Positions 29,349 through 38,136 of a stretch of 44,450 nucleotides of DNA are shown here, one piece after another (the stretch's first letter is position 1; every line of letters begins with the position of its first letter). The DNA comes from Bacilli bacterium. Lineage in GTDB: Bacteria; Bacillota_I; Bacilli_A; RF39; UBA660. A program made the translations under genes and the position numbers. The notes under the pieces are model-generated. The model had not been told where the DNA came from and searched no databases. It saw only the letters and a program-made list of their open reading frames with translations. The stretch spans positions 1 through 44,450 of the forward strand of contig JBJEXX010000064.1 of assembly GCA_051886215.1 (NCBI GenBank). The letters are read 5' to 3'.

Positions 29349-29873
29349 CTATAATTCAAATTCCAACATTTCACAATTTTTAATACCAATGTTAAAAAGT
29401 TTGCCATTACCTACTCCATTAAAATAAACCTTAAAGGCTCTACCAACACCCTTATGTGTAACTACTAAAACATTCTCATACTTTTGTTGTTTCAATTCTT
29501 CAATAAAATTATTAACTCTATTTAAAAAACTTTTAATATCTTCACAATCTTCATATTTATATTCATTATAATAATCCCAATATCCTTCACGATTAATATC
29601 GGTTAAGGTCTTACCAATTAATGTGCCAAAATATCGTTCTTTTAATCTATCATCAAAAATAATACTCTTATTTTTAACATTTATTATTTCTGCAGTGTTT
29701 TTAGCTCTTATAAAAGGTGATGAAATGATAATATCATAATTTATATTTTTAATTTTTTCTCTTAACCTTTTAGCTTGTTCAATTCCTATATCTGCAAGAT
29801 TTGTTTCAGGTGCATTATGGACTTTTAATAAATTTGCTACTGTTTTACCATGTCTAATTACATATATTTTCAT
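29349..29873 (-). CDS. histidine phosphatase superfamily protein
   Basis: 174 aa. IYVIRHGKT (RHG) and VVTHKGVGRA (second His). Confidence 0.85.
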   Translation of the reverse strand: MKIYVIRHGKTVANLLKVHNAPETNLADIGIEQAKRLREKIKNINYDIIISSPFIRAKNTAEIINVKNKSIIFDDRLKERYFGTLIGKTLTDINREGYWDYYNEYKYEDCEDIKSFLNRVNNFIEELKQQKYENVLVVTHKGVGRAFKVYFNGVGNGKLFNIGIKNCEMLEFEL

Positions 29874-29889
29874 AAATAGTCTCCTGAAT

Positions 29890-30396
29890 TTAATTTATTT
29901 GTAATTCTTTTTCTACTTCGATAGGAAGTAATGCATTAATTCCTATCTTTTTATATTGTTCAATATTATTTATCAATTCATCTATAAACAATATTTCATT
30001 ATAATTACAATTATTTATTTTACTTATTATTTCTATTGCATTAATTTTTAATTTTTGACTCGATGAAATTATAATTTCAATATCTTCATTATAATGTTTT
30101 TTTATAAAAGACTTTTTAGCTTGTAAATTAAATGAAAACTTCATACCTGAAACACAATACATTTTTATATTTCTATTTTTTAAAATCTTTATTAGTTTCT
30201 TTAATATATCTGATTCATAACATATTTCTATTTCATCATAAAAAATATCAGGATTTAAATATGCATTTAGTAAATAATTCATATAAACTTCTTTATTATC
30301 TTTCCTTTTTTGTAAATATTCCTTATCTTTGTGTATAGCTAATGTATCATCAAAATCAAATATTACTACTTTTATATTTTCCAACTCATTAATCAT
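29890..30396 (-). CDS. small HAD-superfamily hydrolase-like protein
   Basis: 168 aa. Motif I VVIFDFDDTLA (DxDxT), a motif II-like YCVSG, and a motif IV-like LFIDE. Confidence 0.65.
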   Translation of the reverse strand: MINELENIKVVIFDFDDTLAIHKDKEYLQKRKDNKEVYMNYLLNAYLNPDIFYDEIEICYESDILKKLIKILKNRNIKMYCVSGMKFSFNLQAKKSFIKKHYNEDIEIIISSSQKLKINAIEIISKINNCNYNEILFIDELINNIEQYKKIGINALLPIEVEKELQIN

Positions 30397-30397
30397 A

Positions 30398-31846
30398 CTA
30401 TTCTCCCATTTTTATAAAAAAATCTTGATATATTTTATTTCTATATAAATCATTAACAAATATAACTTGATGTCTATCTGTTGTTTGCTCATATAATCCA
30501 TTATCTAAAACAATCGGACAACTAATCATTTCAGATTTAAACCAATCAGCATTTATTTCATAGGCAATTGCACTTAAATCCCATAGTGTTTTACTTGATC
30601 CTATTTCATCAGCTGGTTCTTTCATAAATGACTTTTTACATTTAATAAATTCTTCACATAAATATTTATTTAACTTTGTATTTTCACTTAAATAATGTTT
30701 TAACTCATATATTGTGGTAGATAAATTTGCTGCGACATTTCTGCAAGGTATAACTACTAATTCTACTTTAGAATCAAATACTTTTTGAACTGCTTTAATG
30801 TCTTGTCTAAAGTTGAATTCACTATTATCCTTAGTTAAGAAACTATTTCCTCCTAACCAAACAACTTTTATTTTATTTACTATTTCTGGAGATTTTTCTA
30901 TTGCTAAAGCTACATTAGTTATTGCACCAATTGCTAGTATTGTAGTTTTATTATTCTTATTAGCTATTTCTATTATTTTTTCTACAGCTTCATTAGTTTC
31001 CTTACTATCATTAAAATATTTTGTAGCACCTTTATAAACTTTTTCTTTATATTCTGTTTTATTTAGCATATCTAATATATTTAATGTTGTTTCATAACTC
31101 TTTTCAGTACCTTCTTCAATAGTTTCTGTATTTGCATAACCACTTTTTAAAAAAGGGGCTATAGTTATTGCTTCTAAATCAAAAACATCTAAAGATTTCA
31201 TCAAATAAGTTAATGCAAATTGATCATCAACTTCATTATACATATCTGTATCAAGTATTACTTTTTTCTTATCCATATTTGTCACCACCTCATATAATTC
31301 TTTCCAATTATTAACTACTTTTAATCCTTCTATATTTTTTAAATTATAATTTGTTGCCATTAAATAACAATTAATATTATTCTCTTGTAATTGTCTACAA
31401 TTAGTTCTAACATCATCAAACATTATATCTATATTATTTTCTTTACATTCTTTAGTTTTATTTGTATCTTTGGATAATATTAATTTAGTATAATTTATAT
31501 TGTTTTCTTCTAACCATTTTTTTGTTACTTGATATGGATTGGTGTAATCTGGATAAGCTCTATGGGAAATAAGATATAGACTATGTCCTTCTTGCAATAA
31601 TTTATCCATATAATATTTAGAATCTTTTCTTGGTTCAAATTGTTTAGCAAAGCTTTCCATATTTTTATGATAAAACTCTTCTATTTCCTCTTTAGACCAA
31701 TCAAAAAAATCTTTTATCCAATTACCATTTGGGTTTACTATTCCTCTATTTCTTTTATTTTTATCTTCCTTTAGAAATTCAGCTAATAATTTTTTATCAA
31801 AATCCGTTATAACATTATCTATATCTAATCCAATTCTCATATACAC
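30398..31846 (-). CDS. fusion protein: N-terminal 5'(3')-deoxyribonucleotidase-like HAD domain plus C-terminal inosine/uridine-preferring nucleoside hydrolase domain
   Basis: 482 aa. N-terminal IGLDIDNVITDF (DxDxV/T nucleotidase motif). From about residue 193, KKVILDTDMYNEVDDQFALTYL matches the DxDxxxDD nucleoside hydrolase fingerprint. Confidence 0.7.
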   Translation of the reverse strand: MYMRIGLDIDNVITDFDKKLLAEFLKEDKNKRNRGIVNPNGNWIKDFFDWSKEEIEEFYHKNMESFAKQFEPRKDSKYYMDKLLQEGHSLYLISHRAYPDYTNPYQVTKKWLEENNINYTKLILSKDTNKTKECKENNIDIMFDDVRTNCRQLQENNINCYLMATNYNLKNIEGLKVVNNWKELYEVVTNMDKKKVILDTDMYNEVDDQFALTYLMKSLDVFDLEAITIAPFLKSGYANTETIEEGTEKSYETTLNILDMLNKTEYKEKVYKGATKYFNDSKETNEAVEKIIEIANKNNKTTILAIGAITNVALAIEKSPEIVNKIKVVWLGGNSFLTKDNSEFNFRQDIKAVQKVFDSKVELVVIPCRNVAANLSTTIYELKHYLSENTKLNKYLCEEFIKCKKSFMKEPADEIGSSKTLWDLSAIAYEINADWFKSEMISCPIVLDNGLYEQTTDRHQVIFVNDLYRNKIYQDFFIKMGE

Positions 31847-31863
31847 CTCTATATTATATAAAT

Positions 31864-33918
31864 TTATCTTGTAATATTATATATAATTCCATATAAATCG
31901 TATTCTTTTTCACCTATTAAAGATTTTTTTTCAAATTGTATTTTACCACCTGTTTTTTTATAAAAATTTAAAGCTCGTATATTATCTTTAAGACACCATA
32001 AAATCATTTTCTTTTTATTTTGAGATTTAAGATAATTTATTGTATGCTTTAATAAAAATGTTCCAATATTTTTACCTTTATATTCTGGTTTTATATATAA
32101 ACTAACTAGTTCGCAGTCATATTCATTATTATTTATATTATCATTAAAAGTTGAATATCCTACTACTTCTTCAGTCTTATTATCTACTGCGACTAATACA
32201 GAATTTTTATATTGTTCAAAACTATCTATATACTTTTTAGTCTGTTCTTCATAATTTAGACTTTCTAAATAATCTAAAGAAATTATTTCTTTATAGGCAT
32301 CTTTCCATCCATCTACTTTTATATGAGCCATCTGTTCTTGATCTTTTAATTGATTGAAGCGAACAGTATAATTATTCTCAACTAAAAGTTTTTGAATTGA
32401 ATCGTTCATTAAATTCATACAATATATTAATTTATCTGTTTCAAAGGCAAAAGTAACTCTTCCAACTAATTCATCATGATATGGCCAACTTATAGATTGT
32501 CCAATAAGAAAACGTAAACGATTGGTTAAATAGAAAAATTCTAACAAATCTCTTTCTGTTTCAATTTTTTTACCATTATACATCATTCCTTTTAAAGCAG
32601 TAAAATCTAATATAGCGAAAAAACCTGCCTCTGGTTCTAAATTATCTGGAAATTTTACATATGGCAATCCTTTTAATAATTCATTTCTTTTTTTCTCATC
32701 CGGAATATTTTTTTCTATTTCCTGTTTTACTTTAATATACATTTCTTGATTTTGAATACTATCTATACCTTCTACTAAAGCTTTTAAAATATTATATCTA
32801 AAGACATAGTTTTCTCTTATGGGATTAAAATATTCTTCATATTCAATCTGTCTGTTTCTAGATGCATTAAACGCTCCAATTAAAGCTTTTCCAACTATAT
32901 CTGGTGAAGAATCCATTTCTTGAAAAATTCTATTAACAACTTCACGAATTATAATTTCATCTGCGACTATGAAACCAGCTCGTAAACTAGCTAAACCATA
33001 ACTTTTTGATAATCCAAATAAAGTAATAGTATTTTTAAACATTCCAGGAATTGTAGCGATTGGTTTAGCTATATTATTTTTATCAAAAGTAATATCTCTA
33101 TAAACCATATCATCAATTACAAAAACTCCTCTTTCTAAACATACCTGACCTATTTGTCGCAATAGTTCTTCTTCATTTTTACCCATGACTTTACCAGTAG
33201 GATTACTGGGATTAATATTCAAAAACGCAACAACTCTTGGAACATAGCCTTTTCTTCTATTGTATATTCTTTGCAAAGAATAATTAATCTCATCAATTGT
33301 ATTGGCTAATTTAGTAGGATTAATTAAAAAGTTATCTTCTTTTTCCAAAGGAATTACTTCTACTTCAGCACCTGCTCTTTCAGCACGAATAGTAAAAAGT
33401 CCATAATTTGGACCAGGTATTAAAATTACGTCTCCTGGTTTTGAGATAATATTTATTAAAATATTAAAAATAATAGAAGTAGATGGTAAAAAAGTCAAAT
33501 TATGAACAGATAATCCTTTTTCATCTATATCCTCATAATCATATGGCTCTGTATTTATAAAACCTTCTTGTTCTATATAATCCAAAAGAATTTTTCTAAT
33601 CCTATCATCACCTTCTGTATAAGGGTATTTATACATTTCATCATTTTCTAAAGATGTTATCATTTCTCTAATTGATCCCGGAAAAGGTTTACATTTCATA
33701 GAATTTCCTCCACCTAAATCAATATCTGGTCTTGTAGCAATTTCTTCATCGCGAACTTCAAAACCATAAAAATTTATCGCATCTGCGATTTCTTGAACAT
33801 TAGGATTAAACTCTTCCCTATCTAATCTTTTACCTATTGCAGGCAAGCCAAATCTTCTTTCTTTTAAATCAGGATTTTCTCTTAATAACCTATCAATTGC
33901 CGTAGACTTTTTTAACAT
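31864..33918 (-). CDS. fusion protein: class I/II PLP aminotransferase plus C-terminal GNAT acetyltransferase
   Basis: 684 aa. Aminotransferase blocks ILIPGPNYGLF, NINPSNPTGKVM, VIDDMVYRD and LFGLSKSYGLASLRAGF (PLP Lys). The C-terminal GNAT motif A is LYIKPEYKGKNIGTFLL. Confidence 0.75.
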   Translation of the reverse strand: MLKKSTAIDRLLRENPDLKERRFGLPAIGKRLDREEFNPNVQEIADAINFYGFEVRDEEIATRPDIDLGGGNSMKCKPFPGSIREMITSLENDEMYKYPYTEGDDRIRKILLDYIEQEGFINTEPYDYEDIDEKGLSVHNLTFLPSTSIIFNILINIISKPGDVILIPGPNYGLFTIRAERAGAEVEVIPLEKEDNFLINPTKLANTIDEINYSLQRIYNRRKGYVPRVVAFLNINPSNPTGKVMGKNEEELLRQIGQVCLERGVFVIDDMVYRDITFDKNNIAKPIATIPGMFKNTITLFGLSKSYGLASLRAGFIVADEIIIREVVNRIFQEMDSSPDIVGKALIGAFNASRNRQIEYEEYFNPIRENYVFRYNILKALVEGIDSIQNQEMYIKVKQEIEKNIPDEKKRNELLKGLPYVKFPDNLEPEAGFFAILDFTALKGMMYNGKKIETERDLLEFFYLTNRLRFLIGQSISWPYHDELVGRVTFAFETDKLIYCMNLMNDSIQKLLVENNYTVRFNQLKDQEQMAHIKVDGWKDAYKEIISLDYLESLNYEEQTKKYIDSFEQYKNSVLVAVDNKTEEVVGYSTFNDNINNNEYDCELVSLYIKPEYKGKNIGTFLLKHTINYLKSQNKKKMILWCLKDNIRALNFYKKTGGKIQFEKKSLIGEKEYDLYGIIYNITR

Positions 33919-34007
33919 ATCACACCTCTAATATATCTTTATTATATCATATATAGTCTGTTTTTGATAAAAATATATCTACAATAATATTTTACTGACT
34001 TTGTTTT

Positions 34008-34035
34008 GTTACACTAAGAGAACCTAGTGCTTTAC
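34008..34035. other. attR of integrative element 1
   Basis: GTTACACTAAGAGAAC|CTAGTGCTTTAC. The element half-site mirrors TTAGTGTAA at the left end. Confidence 0.75.
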
Positions 34036-34433
34036 AATTGGAAAAACAAGGTTTTGGTAACGTCGTTGCAAGTATAGGTAAATTAGGTGGAGAGGTTCCT
34101 TATACTACTTTTAATGCTAGAAAAAGTTTTATAGAAAATAATCCTGAAACTATTGAATCTTTCACTAATGCAATTCAAGAAGGCATTGATTATACATTTT
34201 CTCATAGTGAAGAAGAATTAGCGGATATCATAATAGATTATTTTACTGATACTTCTAAAAAAGATTTAATAGAAGTTATAAAAAGATATAAAGATAATGA
34301 TTCTTGGTATAAAACAACATATATTACAGAAGATGGTTGGAATAGAATTCAAAATATAATGGAATATAATAAAGTTTTAGATTCTAGGGTAGATTACAAA
34401 ATATTAGTAGATAATACTTATTCTAATGAATAA
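34024..34433 (+). pseudogene. 3' fragment of the split NMT1/SsuA-like substrate-binding protein gene
   Basis: The frame is continuous with 26626-27217 (…TLFE-P-SALQLEKQGFGNVV…). It overlaps the ATPase start by 8 nt, as expected in an operon. Confidence 0.85.
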
Positions 34434-34840
34434 AATACTAAGTATTAAAAATCTTAAGAAAATATATCATACTAAAAATGATGAAACATTAGCTGTTGAT
34501 AATTTTTCTTTTGATTTAAATGATGGTGATTTTGTCGCTATTGTTGGCCCTAGTGGATGTGGTAAATCAACAATACTATCAATACTTTGTGGTTTAGAAA
34601 ATAAATCAGATGGAACAATTGAAAAAGATAAAAATATTAAATTTGGTTATATGCTTCAGGAAGATTGCTTATTTCCATGGAAAAATATATTAGATAATTG
34701 TATATTAGGACTAGAAATACAAAAAAATGTAAATAAAGAAAGCAAAAAATATGTTAATGATTTATTAGATACATATGGACTTAAAGAATTTAAAAAAAGC
34801 TATCCTGAAAACTTATCAGGAGGTATGAGACAAAGAGTTG
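34426..34840 (+). pseudogene. 5' fragment of a split ABC transporter ATP-binding protein gene
   Basis: Walker A GPSGCGKST and ABC signature LSGGMRQRV. The host frame breaks after QRV; the remaining codons to the stop at 34845 are element sequence. Confidence 0.88.
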
Positions 34841-34860
34841 GTTGAATACTATTAAGACAC
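34831..34860. other. attL of integrative element 2
   Basis: Core CAAAGAGTTG (34831-34840) followed by the terminal inverted repeat TTGAATACTATTAAGACAC. Confidence 0.75.
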
Positions 34861-34938
34861 AATTTAAATTATCATTAATATTATTTTTTCGTATATTAAG
34901 TTATTAAATAAATATAATAGTATTGTTAGGTGATGTAA

Positions 34939-36303
34939 ATGAAAAAGAAATTATTTTTTTGTTTTTTAGTAATTATTATTTTAGTGCTAATTATTTTTAC
35001 TACAATATGCTTCTGTAAAAAAGATACTAAAAGTACTAAAAAGTTAGAAGCAACAGTTATGGCAATAGATAGTGATAGTATATCAGTTCAAGATAATAAT
35101 AATATTATTTATACATTTAATAATCAAACAATAAATACCAACATTGGAGATAAAATAGTTATTGAATATACAGGACTATTAAATAAGAATTATAATATAC
35201 AAGATAATAAAATTATTGATTATACTATTGCTACTATAGAAAAAAATGAAAATGGTATACCAAAATCATGGTTAGATAATGGCATATTTAGTCAATATTA
35301 TATTCTTGCTAATGACAAATTACAAGAATTAACATTAGAGGAAAAGATAAGTCAACTTCTTTTAGTTAGATATCCTGATAATGATCCAATAGGAGAATTG
35401 GGAAAATATCAATTTGGTGGTTACTTGTTTTTTGAAAAAGATTTTAAAAATAAAACAAAAAAAGAAGTTCAAAACATGATGGCATCTCTTCAAAAAAGCG
35501 CTAAAATACCTATACTTACTGCTGTTGATGAAGAAGGCGGAAAAGTAGTACGTATTAGTAGTAATACTAACCTTGTTAATGAAAAATTCAAATCTTCTCA
35601 AGAGCTATATGCATTAGGTGGTTTTGAAACAATAAAAAATGATACAATAAATAAAAGTAATTTACTTAATAGTTTGGGAATTAATTTAAACTTAGCACCC
35701 GTTGTTGATGTATCTACTAATCCAAATGATTATATGTATGAAAGAAGTTTTGGCCAAAATACTGAACTAACATCTACTTATGCTAAAACGGTAATTAATG
35801 CTAGTAAAAATTTGGGTGTATCATATACATTAAAACATTTCCCAGGATATGGTAATAACGATGACACTCATAATGGTATATCTGTTGATAATAGAGATTA
35901 TGATGACATCATAAATAATGATTTACCCCCATTTAAGGCCGGAATAGATGTAGGAGCTGAAGCTGTTTTAGTAAGTCACAATATTGTCACAAATATTGAT
36001 AATTCAAATCCAGCCTCTCTTTCTCCAAGTATACATAATTTACTTCGCAATGAATTAAATTTTACAGGAATAATTATAACAGACGATTTAGCTATGGGAG
36101 CAATATCATCTATAAATAATGCAACTGTAAAAGCAATACTTGCTGGCAATGATTTAATTATTACTACAGACTATATAAAAAGTATAAATGAAATAAAAGC
36201 AGCAGTTAACGATGGTACTATTAGTGAAGATTTAATTGATAAATTAGCTTTTAGAGTATTAGCTTGGAAATATTACAAAGGATTAATGTTTATAAATAAA
36301 TAA
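34939..36303 (+). CDS. membrane-anchored glycoside hydrolase family 3 (NagZ-like beta-N-acetylhexosaminidase), element cargo
   Basis: 454 aa with an N-terminal TM. GH3 N-domain motifs AVDEEGGKV, KHFPGYG and IIITDDLAM. Confidence 0.85.
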   Translation: MKKKLFFCFLVIIILVLIIFTTICFCKKDTKSTKKLEATVMAIDSDSISVQDNNNIIYTFNNQTINTNIGDKIVIEYTGLLNKNYNIQDNKIIDYTIATIEKNENGIPKSWLDNGIFSQYYILANDKLQELTLEEKISQLLLVRYPDNDPIGELGKYQFGGYLFFEKDFKNKTKKEVQNMMASLQKSAKIPILTAVDEEGGKVVRISSNTNLVNEKFKSSQELYALGGFETIKNDTINKSNLLNSLGINLNLAPVVDVSTNPNDYMYERSFGQNTELTSTYAKTVINASKNLGVSYTLKHFPGYGNNDDTHNGISVDNRDYDDIINNDLPPFKAGIDVGAEAVLVSHNIVTNIDNSNPASLSPSIHNLLRNELNFTGIIITDDLAMGAISSINNATVKAILAGNDLIITTDYIKSINEIKAAVNDGTISEDLIDKLAFRVLAWKYYKGLMFINK

Positions 36304-36323
36304 GGATCATTGATCCTTTTTTA
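36302..36323 (+). terminator. rho-independent terminator after the GH3 gene
   Basis: AAGGATC-ATT-GATCCTT hairpin followed by TTTTTT. Confidence 0.7.
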
Positions 36324-36513
36324 TTAGTCTTAAATTTAAGAATAATTAATATAATATATTAGTGATAATTATGAAAATTAAGTATAATATTATTTCTATT
36401 TTTAATAATAAATATTCTCAAAATGTATTAAGTAATATTATAAATGAAAAAATATATAGGATTATTTTTTATTTAAACAACAATAAAAATATATTTTAAA
36501 AAGTGAAGGTGAT

Positions 36514-38100
36514 ATTATTAATAAAAAAAACAAAAAACTAAATGTAGGAATCTATTTACGATTATCTGATGAAGATAAACATAAGAATCATATAGACGAT
36601 GATAGTGAATCAATAAAAAATCAAAGAAATTTACTATTAGAAGAAATTAAAAAACATCCTGAATATATTTTAGTAGATGAATATTCAGATGAGGATCTAT
36701 CTGGAGCTGGTACTTATCGTCCAGAATTTGAAAGATTAATAAAAGATTGCAAAAACAAGAAATTAGATATTGTTCTTTGTAAAAGCCAATCAAGATTCTC
36801 TAGAGATATGGAAATTATTGAAAAATACTTACATAATAAATTTTTGGAATGGAATGTTAGATTTATTAGTTTATCAGATAATGCAGATACAGCAAATATT
36901 GGAAATAAAAAATCACGTCAAATCAATGGACTTGTAAACGAATGGTATTTAGAAGATGTTTCAAATAATATTAGAAGTGCTTTTAAAGCTAAAATGAAAA
37001 ATGGTGAATTTATTTCTCCATTTGCACCATTTGGTTATGAAATAAGTAAAATAAATAATAATAAATTAATTGTTGATAAAGAAGCTAGTGAAATAGTAAA
37101 AAAAATATTTCAATTATATATAGAGGGGTTTGGATTCGGAGGGATTGCTAAATATTTAAATGAAAAAAATATTCCTAGTCCATCTCTTTATAAATTTCAA
37201 AAAGGTATAAAACTAAATATTGTAAGCAACCGTTCAAGAAAAGATATTAAATGGTCAAATAACGCTATTAAAAATATACTAAAGAATGAAGTTTATCTAG
37301 GTCATTTAATACAAGGGAAAAGAACTACTATAAGTTATAAAAATCATAAAATTAAAAGAAAAGATAAATCTGAGTGGATAAAATATGAAAATACACATCC
37401 TTCAATAATTGATAAATATACTTTTAACAAAGTGCAGAATATTATGAAACAAAAAATAAGAACGGCTAAAAATAGTTATATAATTCATAACCTTTCTGGT
37501 AAAGTTTTTTGTTTGGAATGCAAAAGTAAAATGCGAAAAAAAAATTCTAGTAAACATAATTATTTAGTATGCTCTAATTATAGTATTAATAAAAAATGTA
37601 CTAACGTAAAATCTATTAGATATGACGAACTAGAAAAAATAATACTTAAGGAAATTAATAAACAAATTGAAAAATTTTATGATGAGAATGCTTTAAAAAT
37701 AAAATTTAATCATAATAAAGAGTTAAATGTTAAACATAATATAAATAATATGTATAAGCAATACAATAATATAAATAATAAAATAATTGAAATTAATAAT
37801 TATATTAAAAATTTATATGAAGATAAAGTAAATGATATTATAACCAATGAGCAATTTTGTTTGTTTTCTTCTCAATATAATAATGATTTAAAAAAATATA
37901 AATCACAAATTAATTTAATAAAAAATAACATTGAGTTATATAAAAATAATAATTATTTAAACTTTAATCATTTTTTTAATAAAGTTGGTTTTAAAGAACT
38001 TAATAGAATTATTGTAGAAGAATTTATAAAAAAGATATATATTGGTCACATTGATTTAGATACTACTCAAAGAGATATTATTATAGAATGGAATTTTTAA
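36514..38100 (+). CDS. large serine recombinase with no canonical start codon upstream of its catalytic domain
   Basis: The frame is open from 36487. The catalytic region VGIYLRLSDEDK (Ser codon 36565-36567) lies upstream of the first ATG (36808, the ORF-track start). GAAGGTGA (36505-36512) precedes ATT codons at 36514 and 36517. Recombinase and Cys-rich domains (CLECKSKMRKK...LVCSNYSINKKC) follow. The exact start is uncertain. Confidence 0.8.
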   Translation: MINKKNKKLNVGIYLRLSDEDKHKNHIDDDSESIKNQRNLLLEEIKKHPEYILVDEYSDEDLSGAGTYRPEFERLIKDCKNKKLDIVLCKSQSRFSRDMEIIEKYLHNKFLEWNVRFISLSDNADTANIGNKKSRQINGLVNEWYLEDVSNNIRSAFKAKMKNGEFISPFAPFGYEISKINNNKLIVDKEASEIVKKIFQLYIEGFGFGGIAKYLNEKNIPSPSLYKFQKGIKLNIVSNRSRKDIKWSNNAIKNILKNEVYLGHLIQGKRTTISYKNHKIKRKDKSEWIKYENTHPSIIDKYTFNKVQNIMKQKIRTAKNSYIIHNLSGKVFCLECKSKMRKKNSSKHNYLVCSNYSINKKCTNVKSIRYDELEKIILKEINKQIEKFYDENALKIKFNHNKELNVKHNINNMYKQYNNINNKIIEINNYIKNLYEDKVNDIITNEQFCLFSSQYNNDLKKYKSQINLIKNNIELYKNNNYLNFNHFFNKVGFKELNRIIVEEFIKKIYIGHIDLDTTQRDIIIEWNF

Positions 38101-38110
38101 CACCATATAA

Positions 38111-38136
38111 GTGTCTTAAAAACATTCAAAGAGTTG
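38111..38136. other. attR of integrative element 2
   Basis: GTGTCTTAAAAACATTCAA (the inverted copy of the left terminus) followed by core CAAAGAGTTG (38127-38136). Confidence 0.75.

Larger units (their letters stand above)
27218..34023. mobile_element. about 6.8-kb large-serine-recombinase integrative element inserted in the substrate-binding protein gene
   Basis: Deleting 27218-34023 restores one 1002-nt ORF. The recombinase gene lies at the left end. Both att sites are palindromic. Boundaries are ambiguous within the 4-bp GAAC core. Confidence 0.85.
34841..38136. mobile_element. about 3.3-kb large-serine-recombinase integrative element inserted in the ABC ATPase gene
   Basis: Deleting 34841-38136 restores a 747-nt ATPase ORF (…[32 protein letters not shown]…). 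A 10-bp identical core sits at both junctions, with roughly 19-bp imperfect terminal inverted repeats. Confidence 0.85.

Noticed and set aside
36371-36499. Programmed -1 frameshift fusing the 42-codon ATG ORF to the element-2 recombinase.
   Set aside because: The frames are arranged correctly for a -1 shift. However, the 13-nt overlap (AAAAATATATTTTAA) contains no X XXY YYZ slippery heptamer in the zero frame, and no downstream stem-loop is evident. It is kept only as a minor alternative under the start-codon finding.
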